A stretch of DNA of 64,000 bases from a virus (Duplodnaviria; Caudoviricetes), in the IMG/VR virus record IMGVR_UViG_3300046787_000508, positions 1 to 64,000 of that record, one strand, 5' to 3'. Shown here in pieces: positions 28,686 through 36,604 of this stretch (position 1 is the first letter of the stretch; every line of letters starts with the position of its first letter). Both the position numbers and the translations under genes were made by a program. The notes below the pieces were generated by a model. That model searched no databases. It saw only the letters and a program-made list of their open reading frames with translations, and was not told the origin of the DNA.

Positions 28686-29360
28686 TTAATTTTTCTTCTT
28701 AACTATTTCATCAATAATCCCGTAAGCTAACGCATCGTTAGCGTCCAACCACAAATCTCTACTTGCGTCTTGTTTTACGATTTCTGAATCCTTACCACAA
28801 TATTCACCTAATAAGTCGAAAAGTGTATTGTTTAATTTTTCCCATTCAATCATATCAATCTTAGCATCTTGGATATTACCTCCAAATCCACCACTTGATT
28901 GATGTAACATTGTTCTTGAGAATCTTAAACTACATCTCTTACCTTTTGTACCCGCACCTAATAAGATTGACCCCATTGATGCTGCCATACCCGTGTTAAT
29001 TGTTCTAATGTCGGAATTAATGTAATCCATAACATCGACCATTGATAATCCTGACTTAACTGAACCACCCGGACTATCAATATGCATGGTAATGTCATTT
29101 GAGTCGATACTATCCAAGAACATTAACTGTGCTTGTACAATAGTTGACATATGGTCATTAACTTCACCCGCCACCCAAATAATACGTTCAAGCATCAATC
29201 TACTAAAAACGTCCATCTGAGCCACATTCATCTGTCTTTCTTCCAAGATATATGGAGTTAAACTACTTTGGATTTTCTTATTATAGTAATCCATTGTCAA
29301 TGAGCTGATTCCACGGTCTTTTGCGTAAAGACCGAAACTTGCGTATTCTTTTGCGTTCAT
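28686..29360 (-). CDS. clpP: ATP-dependent Clp protease proteolytic subunit
   Basis: DVFSRLMLERII, IDSPGGSV, AASMGS (Ser), MLHQ (His), RDLWL (Asp). Confidence 0.97.
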   Translation of the reverse strand: MNAKEYASFGLYAKDRGISSLTMDYYNKKIQSSLTPYILEERQMNVAQMDVFSRLMLERIIWVAGEVNDHMSTIVQAQLMFLDSIDSNDITMHIDSPGGSVKSGLSMVDVMDYINSDIRTINTGMAASMGSILLGAGTKGKRCSLRFSRTMLHQSSGGFGGNIQDAKIDMIEWEKLNNTLFDLLGEYCGKDSEIVKQDASRDLWLDANDALAYGIIDEIVKKKN

Positions 29361-29380
29361 ATTTAATTTATTTATTTAGA

Positions 29381-29411
29381 CAAATGTAGGTAAAATTTCC
29401 TAACCACCAAA
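29381..29411 (-). promoter_or_regulatory. Bacteroidota sigma-A-type promoter
   Basis: TTTG-N19-TACATTTG, exact match to the -33/-7 consensus. Confidence 0.8.
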
Positions 29412-29416
29412 AAATA

Positions 29417-31759
29417 TTATGAAATTTTTGTGTTAATATATTCAATTGATGAGACATTCTCGGTCTTACCAACCATGATAATGTTATCTGACCAGTTTCT
29501 AATCAGTGGGTTATGTGATATAACGAAGATATGTTCAAAGTAATTTTTAATTTTCTTAAAGAATTCCCCAACCATCTCTAAATTATCGTCAGCAACTTTA
29601 CCAAAAACCTCATCCATCACAACAATGTTTGGTTTTGGTAACGATGAAATCTTAGTTAATACACTTCTCAAAGCTAACGATGATATGGTTTTCTCATAAC
29701 CTGAACCACTAATAAGTGTTTTAACCACTCTGGTTTCATTATCAATCATTAAGAATTCCAATTCGTTCTTCTCATTAATGTTTAACTCTAAAGTAAAGTA
29801 ACAACTATCAGATAATAACCTATGTAATTCTTGGTTAATCAACGGAATCATGTTTTTCATGATTACTTTAGATATTCCATTTTTACCGTAGATTGTTAGG
29901 TAAGTCTTAAACACACCGACAAGTTCTTCCTCAGATTTGATTTTAGAAATTAAATCCAAATTAACTTTAATCTTATCATTCATGGTAACAATGTTACCTC
30001 TGTGTCTTTCAATGTTAGTTGTTGACTGTCTAATATCACCATTAGCGGTTTCAATCTTAGTTCTCAATGCCATTACCTCAGCATCTATCTTCTGATTATC
30101 CTCTAATTTCTTTTTGTTGTCATCGTACCTTTCTAATCTTAATTTTTTGGCATCAATTTCAACTTGTTTTTGTTCAACCTCTAACTCATAACGACCTTTA
30201 CGAAGTTTATTTCTTTCATACTCTTCGTATTGAACTTTTAAAGTTTTATAACCCTTTTCTTGTTCAGTTAATTCATCAAGTTTAATTTGTCTTTCTTGTT
30301 GACTCTTTTTAAGAACCTCAATTAATTCTTTAATCTTATTAATTTCGTCTGTGTGGTCAACGTCTTCCAACGCACGATTACAGGTTGGACATATTTCACC
30401 CTTTTCGAATTTTCGAATAAGTTCTTCATTTCTACCAATAGCATCGTAATCAACTTTACCTTCAATTAGATGACCGTTGATTATTTGACTTAGTTTTTCA
30501 TGTTCGTCCTCCAAGTAATATTCTGAAGGTTCAATTACACTAACCGCGTCGGCATTAGTTTTACTTGTTTGTTTTACTCTTTCTAAATCTGCAATTTCTC
30601 TCTCAAGAAGTACGGGATTGGTATTGATTAAATCCTTATCGATGTCGTTATTTCTTGAACCTAAAACTTCATCTCTCCTATCCTCTAATCTTTTTAATTC
30701 CTTTTCGAAATCACTAAGTGCAGTTTCCAATCTTACAATTTCACTTTCAGAGTTAGAAATACTTTCTTGGTGTTCGGTATTGTTTAATTCCAATTGTACA
30801 ATGTTATTTGTATTTGAAATTAATTTTTTACTCCAATCACTATAGATTTCTTTTGCAACCTCCTCTTTTTGTTTAAGACTTTCCAATCCTAAGAATTTAG
30901 TTAGGATTTGTCCACGTGCCGTTGGTTTTGAATCGATTAGTTCTTCAAGGTTATTACCGGTGGTTAGGATTGTTGATAGGAAATCTTCCTCTGTCCCAAT
31001 TGCTGTCGTGATAAATGTTTCAGTCTCACGTCTCTGTTCACCTGATAGGTTATTTACAGTTCCATCCTCTGAAATCTTATAGAATTCCAATTCGTTTTTG
31101 ACTGTGTATTCACCTGCTTTACTCTTCTTTCTACTAACATTACGTTCAATCACATAATCCTCACCATCAATGGTAACATAACCTTTAACCTTAACATAAT
31201 CGGTATCTCTAAATTTATTAAAGACTTCAGCATTTGTTTTAGTTTTGGTTGTTGAATTAAAGAAAAGGAACATTAATAAATCGACAGTTGATGTGGATTT
31301 ACCTCCAAAGTTTTTGGGTGTAGATTCAATAACGGTGATACCATCTAAGTCAGTAAAGTTAATAACGTTATCGTCACCAAAAGAGAGGAAGTTACTAAAC
31401 TCCACTCTTTTAATGAACCATTTGTTATATCTAACTTTATTTTGATTTGATTTGTCAATCTCACCATTAACTCGATTATCTAACCTATCAATCATTTCCC
31501 ATTTAACGTCGATTTTATTCTCTTTGATAAAATCTTTAATTAAATTTTTTTGGTACTGTGGGTCTAATATGTTATCACTCGCATCTAATGATTGTAATTT
31601 TGTGTTGGAATTATTACTAAGGATTTTAGTTACCAACTTTACATTTGTTGAGTTATATTTCTTTTCGAAATAAGTTTTAACTCTTTTAATCCTTTCTTGT
31701 GTAAGATTTTCTGGTGTGTCTTCCCACTCTACTTTAATAAACGGATTGCTGTGTTCCAT
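29417..31759 (-). CDS. sbcC: SbcC/Rad50/gp46-like SMC ATPase with 113-aa N-terminal extension
   Basis: NFLSFG, GGKST, CPTC zinc hook, coiled coils, SGYE signature, MDEVFG, ISH. Confidence 0.9.
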   Translation of the reverse strand: MEHSNPFIKVEWEDTPENLTQERIKRVKTYFEKKYNSTNVKLVTKILSNNSNTKLQSLDASDNILDPQYQKNLIKDFIKENKIDVKWEMIDRLDNRVNGEIDKSNQNKVRYNKWFIKRVEFSNFLSFGDDNVINFTDLDGITVIESTPKNFGGKSTSTVDLLMFLFFNSTTKTKTNAEVFNKFRDTDYVKVKGYVTIDGEDYVIERNVSRKKSKAGEYTVKNELEFYKISEDGTVNNLSGEQRRETETFITTAIGTEEDFLSTILTTGNNLEELIDSKPTARGQILTKFLGLESLKQKEEVAKEIYSDWSKKLISNTNNIVQLELNNTEHQESISNSESEIVRLETALSDFEKELKRLEDRRDEVLGSRNNDIDKDLINTNPVLLEREIADLERVKQTSKTNADAVSVIEPSEYYLEDEHEKLSQIINGHLIEGKVDYDAIGRNEELIRKFEKGEICPTCNRALEDVDHTDEINKIKELIEVLKKSQQERQIKLDELTEQEKGYKTLKVQYEEYERNKLRKGRYELEVEQKQVEIDAKKLRLERYDDNKKKLEDNQKIDAEVMALRTKIETANGDIRQSTTNIERHRGNIVTMNDKIKVNLDLISKIKSEEELVGVFKTYLTIYGKNGISKVIMKNMIPLINQELHRLLSDSCYFTLELNINEKNELEFLMIDNETRVVKTLISGSGYEKTISSLALRSVLTKISSLPKPNIVVMDEVFGKVADDNLEMVGEFFKKIKNYFEHIFVISHNPLIRNWSDNIIMVGKTENVSSIEYINTKIS

Positions 31760-32304
31760 AATTTTTTTAATAAATTTTCACTCTCTACCACATCTAAGAT
31801 ATATTGTCCATCAATTAAATTGTATGTCTCAACATCTTCTCTTCTGAAAGATAACCAATTTTCGATTTCGTCGCTGTTTTTTGGTTGAAATTTTGTTCTT
31901 ACTAATTTTTTACTGTTCTTAACAACCTCAGGTCTTATAACAATTATTTGTGTGAAGTCCTTATTTGTTCTCATGAAAATGTTTTTTTCATGACTTGGGT
32001 TATTCTTTTCTTTACCCCTGTACATAAAGTTTTCCAACCAGTACTTTTCTTTTCTGCCGGGAATGTTAATTGTTCTAAATTTTTGTTCTGAAATTAACGA
32101 GTAATTGTCATCTTCCCAAAAATTACCTTTCCATTTACCGTGTTCTACTTCGACCCCAAGTAGTGGGTCATTAATGCCTAATAAATCAATTTTATATAAT
32201 TCATCATTTGATTTTAATTTCATTCCCCATTTTTCGTCACAGAATTTAATTATAAATTCCCTGACAGGTGTGTCGTCGTAACTTGTACCACTTAATTTTG
32301 CCAT
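31729..32304 (-). CDS. Putative PD-(D/E)xK-like endonuclease
   Basis: YKIDLL...GVEVE..KWKG...INIPGRK pattern. Confidence 0.45.
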   Translation of the reverse strand: MAKLSGTSYDDTPVREFIIKFCDEKWGMKLKSNDELYKIDLLGINDPLLGVEVEHGKWKGNFWEDDNYSLISEQKFRTINIPGRKEKYWLENFMYRGKEKNNPSHEKNIFMRTNKDFTQIIVIRPEVVKNSKKLVRTKFQPKNSDEIENWLSFRREDVETYNLIDGQYILDVVESENLLKKLWNTAIRLLK

Positions 32305-32313
32305 TCATAGTTT

Positions 32314-32619
32314 TTATCTTTTCTCTTCGTAATATTCTACAATAGAGTTTATTGCCCAAACCGAGCCAGCCGTAAACATTGCATCAAAGAAGAAGTTGAC
32401 TATCCAATATGTCTCAAAGTAATTTGAAGATAAACTCCCCAATACTAATGACATAAAGAAACCAACCCATGTCGATGTACAAAGTGTACATTGGATAAGG
32501 TCTCCGAAAAACTTAGAATATTGTTTAATTTTTATTCTAGTTGTTTCGAAAATTGAACCCCATACCAAGATTGATGTCATTCCGTATGCCATCAATATCC
32601 ATAAAATTAATTTTTCCAT
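32314..32619 (-). CDS. DUF1360-like membrane protein
   Basis: FFGDLIQCTLCTSTWVG CxxC within a hydrophobic protein. Confidence 0.65.
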   Translation of the reverse strand: MEKLILWILMAYGMTSILVWGSIFETTRIKIKQYSKFFGDLIQCTLCTSTWVGFFMSLVLGSLSSNYFETYWIVNFFFDAMFTAGSVWAINSIVEYYEEKR

Positions 32620-32669
32620 GTTGTTTTATTTTACTTATAATATAACTAAAATTATTGATAAAAGGAAAT

Positions 32670-33245
32670 TTATTCCTCATAAAGGTTACTTAGATTACTA
32701 TCTTTAAGGTACGTTGCTCGATTCATTTTACTTAGTGAACTTGTGATTTTATCCAACTCTTCAGTAAGTTCCTTATTTTTTAATTTAAGTTCGTCAATGA
32801 TTTTATCCTTGGCATCTTCAGAATCCTTGTTAATAACAATTTTTTCCACAATTCTTTCGATTGGTACTTCCTTTATAATTTCTTTGGTTATTATTTGAGT
32901 GTCGCCTTTAACTTGAATTGGTACTTCTTTTATCACCTCAACGATTTTCTCAACCTCAATTTCTTTAATAACCTCCACTGGTACCTCTTTAATCACTTCA
33001 ACGTTGATTATCTTATCTACCTCAACAATAACCTCTTTAATGACCTCTTTGACCACTTCCTTTTCGATTATAGTTTCTTTCCCAACTCCACCTGAAGGTG
33101 TCTCACCATATTTTAGTATGGTGAATCCACGTTGGAAGGTTTCCTTTCCTATCTTCTCAATGTCATCTATGTTGTTTAATCTACAATACTCAAGAAATTC
33201 ATCACCCAGGGTTAACAAGTTTCTCTTTTTCATTTTCAATGTCAT
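32670..33245 (-). CDS. Protein with EVIKEVP/EKIVE (alveolin/IMCp-like) repeats and coiled-coil tail
   Basis: Repeats read directly. Confidence 0.7.
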   Translation of the reverse strand: MTLKMKKRNLLTLGDEFLEYCRLNNIDDIEKIGKETFQRGFTILKYGETPSGGVGKETIIEKEVVKEVIKEVIVEVDKIINVEVIKEVPVEVIKEIEVEKIVEVIKEVPIQVKGDTQIITKEIIKEVPIERIVEKIVINKDSEDAKDKIIDELKLKNKELTEELDKITSSLSKMNRATYLKDSNLSNLYEE

Positions 33246-34020
33246 TTATGTCTTTTATTTTAAAATGTAGAAAGGGTTGGTTATTTGGTAAGTCATGAAA
33301 CGTGTACGTGTCTGTTCCCATATCGTACACACCATATCCATGGTGTTTTACGGTCTCTCCAAAGTTCTGTTGAATTAATGAACCCACCATAATCCCCTTA
33401 CCACCTTCAGGTAATGTAAATGTTTGTCTTTTATGGATGTCCCCACAAAGGAGTAAATCCAACCCAACAAAATTCAATTGGTCGTAAGCATCTTCAAATT
33501 GAAATCCAACATCTGTTGAAAGTCCTTGGATTGGTCCATGGAATAAACCAATGTGAAACTTACCTGATTCCTTTTCAAATTCAGGTTTAACATTGTGTTG
33601 GTATAGTGAATAAACAACCCAATTAATATTATCATCAGGATATAACCCACTATCTTTATAATAAGATATGTGTGGACTATCAAGTAGTTCAACCACAGGT
33701 GTGATACTATCCATACGTTGCACGTTGTTCTCTAAGAAATCGTGATTGCCAGGTATAATAACAACTTTACCAAAACGAGTTAATTCTTTTAAGAACCAAC
33801 TTGTTAAAAGTAATTGTTCATTTGATATGTTAATTTTTTGATGTGCGATGTCACCCGCAATAACAATTCGTATCTCATCATGTTCAATGTTTTCACCTGA
33901 CCATTCAGAAACTTTTTCACTTACCTCATCTAATAATTTTTGAAATTGCTCTTTATATAAATCGTGCATTTGTATTGTACGAATATGTAAGTCTGCGATG
34001 TGTACTATTTTTTTTACCAT
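33202..34020 (-). CDS. sbcD: SbcD/Mre11/gp47-like metallophosphoesterase (short form)
   Basis: ADLH, GDIAH, GNHD, FHG, GDIH motifs. Confidence 0.9.
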   Translation of the reverse strand: MVKKIVHIADLHIRTIQMHDLYKEQFQKLLDEVSEKVSEWSGENIEHDEIRIVIAGDIAHQKINISNEQLLLTSWFLKELTRFGKVVIIPGNHDFLENNVQRMDSITPVVELLDSPHISYYKDSGLYPDDNINWVVYSLYQHNVKPEFEKESGKFHIGLFHGPIQGLSTDVGFQFEDAYDQLNFVGLDLLLCGDIHKRQTFTLPEGGKGIMVGSLIQQNFGETVKHHGYGVYDMGTDTYTFHDLPNNQPFLHFKIKDINDIENEKEKLVNPG

Positions 34021-34874
34021 CTTTTAATGTATTTTGTTAAGTCCATTGTTAAAATTGCACTACTGATTGCTGGTGGAACTTTATATTCGGTAAAGGTACC
34101 ATCTTCTTTTAATAAAACGACAACATTTCCCAATAACTTTGTGTTACTAAATTTTGTACCCTCTAACATTTTCTTCAATAACCTACCGTACAATGGAAGT
34201 TGTAAATAATAATGTCCAAGTGCATTGTCGTGATAATTGTTAAATGGTGGATATAATTTACCCGTATAATGTTGAACCTCGAAGTTTTTGGGTTGATTTG
34301 TTTTCCAATCGGTAATAACAAAACCAAATCCGTTTTTCTCTTTGTTCATCATCAACCATGTTTTATCTGGTTGTCCTGTGTATTGTTCGTTAGGGTCACC
34401 CAAAACAATTTCCGTATCCAAAAGAATTGCACCACGTTCTAACATTAAGTCAAGGAACTGTTTACCCGCAGCAATCATGTTATCACTCTTACGTTGTTGT
34501 TCTTCATTAATCTCAAAGATGGGTTTTCTCACTTCTTTGTAATTGTCAAAACGTCCAATTAAATCACTCTCTAATTCAAAGTGAACTCTACTACCCATGT
34601 TGGTGGATAAGTCGCCAGCTTTTTTCCATTCTGCAAGTAATTGTGCCTGACCTTCAGGGTCTCCTTTTGACATTCTAAGTGCCATCCCATCGGCATCGAA
34701 AGGTTTATGGAATTTTTTAATAATTTTAGAAACCGATGGGAAGTTTTTCTTCACCACACCATCGACATCTTTCATGAAATAAATGTGTTCCTCCTCAATA
34801 AAGGTCAATTCAATTTCTTTTCTTCTTTGGTCTAATAAGTCCTTAATCTCTAATGAGATGTCGTTTAAATTCAT
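34014..34874 (-). CDS. PD-(D/E)xK exonuclease
   Basis: GSRVH, TE, GQPD, DWKT, YYLQLPLY. Confidence 0.85.
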   Translation of the reverse strand: MNLNDISLEIKDLLDQRRKEIELTFIEEEHIYFMKDVDGVVKKNFPSVSKIIKKFHKPFDADGMALRMSKGDPEGQAQLLAEWKKAGDLSTNMGSRVHFELESDLIGRFDNYKEVRKPIFEINEEQQRKSDNMIAAGKQFLDLMLERGAILLDTEIVLGDPNEQYTGQPDKTWLMMNKEKNGFGFVITDWKTNQPKNFEVQHYTGKLYPPFNNYHDNALGHYYLQLPLYGRLLKKMLEGTKFSNTKLLGNVVVLLKEDGTFTEYKVPPAISSAILTMDLTKYIKRW

Positions 34875-34875
34875 T

Positions 34876-35817
34876 TTAATCTATTTGGTAAATTTTATAA
34901 TTCGTTAGGTCTCCCTGTAAATCCGCTATATCCTTGTCGTTTGGTAATCTTGTAATCCAAATTTTACCAAATAACTTCCCACCGTTTAATTTATGATATA
35001 GGAGTTGTGCATTGTCCCACGCGTCTCCGTCTAACACTATTAATATTTTCTTCGCCTTTTCATATAAAGTTTCAAATAGTTTTTCACTCATCACCTTACC
35101 TAACATTGGTATTGCATTTGGTAAGAATATACTATCGAAAGCACCTTCAACAATATGAATTGTTTCGTCCCAATTAATAAGATACTCATTGAATATAATG
35201 ATTTCTTTTTGAGCTTCGGGATTTTTATATTTTAATTTTGTTCTTGTTTCATACGACCTAGCGATAAAGTAATTTAACTTATTGTCGTTATCATATGATG
35301 GTATTATGATTCTATTGGCATATTCCCCACTATAACAAAATCCAATATTAAATTTCTCTAACATTTCATCTGATATGTTTCTACGTTTAACGTAATTAAA
35401 TGCGTAACGGTAGTGATGTGTTAATTTCAAACCGGCACTCGCATCTTTAAATGAAACAAATTCCTTTGGGAGTTTTACCTCTTTATAAAATCTTTTAGGG
35501 GTTTCTTCGTTTTCGTCAGGTCTTAAAAGTTTATATTTTTTTAATAAACGAGGTGACCCGTGTTTTTTAATTAGTTTATATATCGACCCGTGTGTGTCGT
35601 GAGTTTCACCACAAGACCAACATTTAAACACATTATATTTGTAGTTAACCTCTAAATTACCTTTACCGTCTCCCTCATCTAAACCCTTAATATCGTGTGA
35701 ACAAACGGGACAATCGAATGATATCTGTCCCTTATAGTCATTGTGCATGTGTGGTTCCCCAAGAATATCTTCAAGGATATCAATTATCGGTGCATAATCT
35801 ATTATTGTCTCAGTCAT
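34876..35817 (-). CDS. DNA primase (Zn finger plus Toprim)
   Basis: CPVC...CWSC, RIIIPSY, KYKNP, VEGAFD, LDGDA. Confidence 0.9.
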   Translation of the reverse strand: MTETIIDYAPIIDILEDILGEPHMHNDYKGQISFDCPVCSHDIKGLDEGDGKGNLEVNYKYNVFKCWSCGETHDTHGSIYKLIKKHGSPRLLKKYKLLRPDENEETPKRFYKEVKLPKEFVSFKDASAGLKLTHHYRYAFNYVKRRNISDEMLEKFNIGFCYSGEYANRIIIPSYDNDNKLNYFIARSYETRTKLKYKNPEAQKEIIIFNEYLINWDETIHIVEGAFDSIFLPNAIPMLGKVMSEKLFETLYEKAKKILIVLDGDAWDNAQLLYHKLNGGKLFGKIWITRLPNDKDIADLQGDLTNYKIYQID

Positions 35818-35844
35818 ATTGAAAATATAAGAAAAAAAAATGAT

Positions 35845-35879
35845 AAAAAAAAATCCCCAAGGACACCACTCCTCGGGGA
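35845..35879 (-). terminator. Rho-independent terminator
   Basis: TCCCCGAGGA/TCCTTGGGGA stem followed by U9 on the - strand. Confidence 0.8.
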
Positions 35880-35918
35880 AACACCAACTTAATGTATATT
35901 GCTATACATTCCGTCCTA
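35845..35918 (-). ncRNA. Candidate ~70-nt small RNA or leader with two hairpins
   Basis: TATATTTA promoter-like motif (35922-35929), perfect 8-bp hairpin (35891-35910) and terminator. Confidence 0.35.
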
Positions 35919-35962
35919 TTTTAAATATACATTTTTTATTTCTAAAAAAGAAATAATTTGAT

Positions 35963-36565
35963 TTATTTTTCTGATTTTGTCATATTAACATAACCAATCA
36001 CACAACACGCAGCATCTGCCATGTCATAATTCTCTTTTCTAAGATTTCCCGATTTACCGTATAACCACTCAATATCTGGACAAACTTCATTGACGTGTTC
36101 CCAAATAACGTGTTTTTTATCGATATCTTTTGGGTATCCACCAAATAAAACATTACGACCCTTTTCATTTGGTCTAACCAAATCAGGGAAAGCATATTTT
36201 CTTGAGTTATATGTGGAAATAAATGTTGGTAACACTCCTAAAATATCATAACAATTCTTTAAAATTAAAGTGTTGTAACGTAATAGAGTTCCTACCGTGT
36301 AAATGTTATTAGATTGAAGTAATGGTTCCTCAATAATTACACGGGTGATTCCCATGTCTTTATACCCTTCCAAGTGTTTCTTGAAAGCATCGGCTTTTTT
36401 AATCAATTCTTCTATTTTTTCCTCGGGTTGAGGTTTAATCATTGGAGAGAAATGTGTTAACTCTAATAATTTGGACCCTGATATATCAAACAGTGCCCAC
36501 CCAATTGTTTTAGTGGAAATATCTAACCCTAAAATCTTTGGCTTGTTCTTAAATTGTTTATCCAT
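35963..36565 (-). CDS. RuvC-like Holliday junction resolvase
   Basis: ILGLDISTKTIGW, IIEEP, DMADA. Confidence 0.85.
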   Translation of the reverse strand: MDKQFKNKPKILGLDISTKTIGWALFDISGSKLLELTHFSPMIKPQPEEKIEELIKKADAFKKHLEGYKDMGITRVIIEEPLLQSNNIYTVGTLLRYNTLILKNCYDILGVLPTFISTYNSRKYAFPDLVRPNEKGRNVLFGGYPKDIDKKHVIWEHVNEVCPDIEWLYGKSGNLRKENYDMADAACCVIGYVNMTKSEK

Positions 36566-36604
36566 AAAACAATATATAAATAATATTTTCTGTTTAGTAA
36601 AGAG

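Noticed and set aside
35845-35918. tRNA or known riboswitch
   Set aside because: No cloverleaf, T-loop or recognisable aptamer consensus
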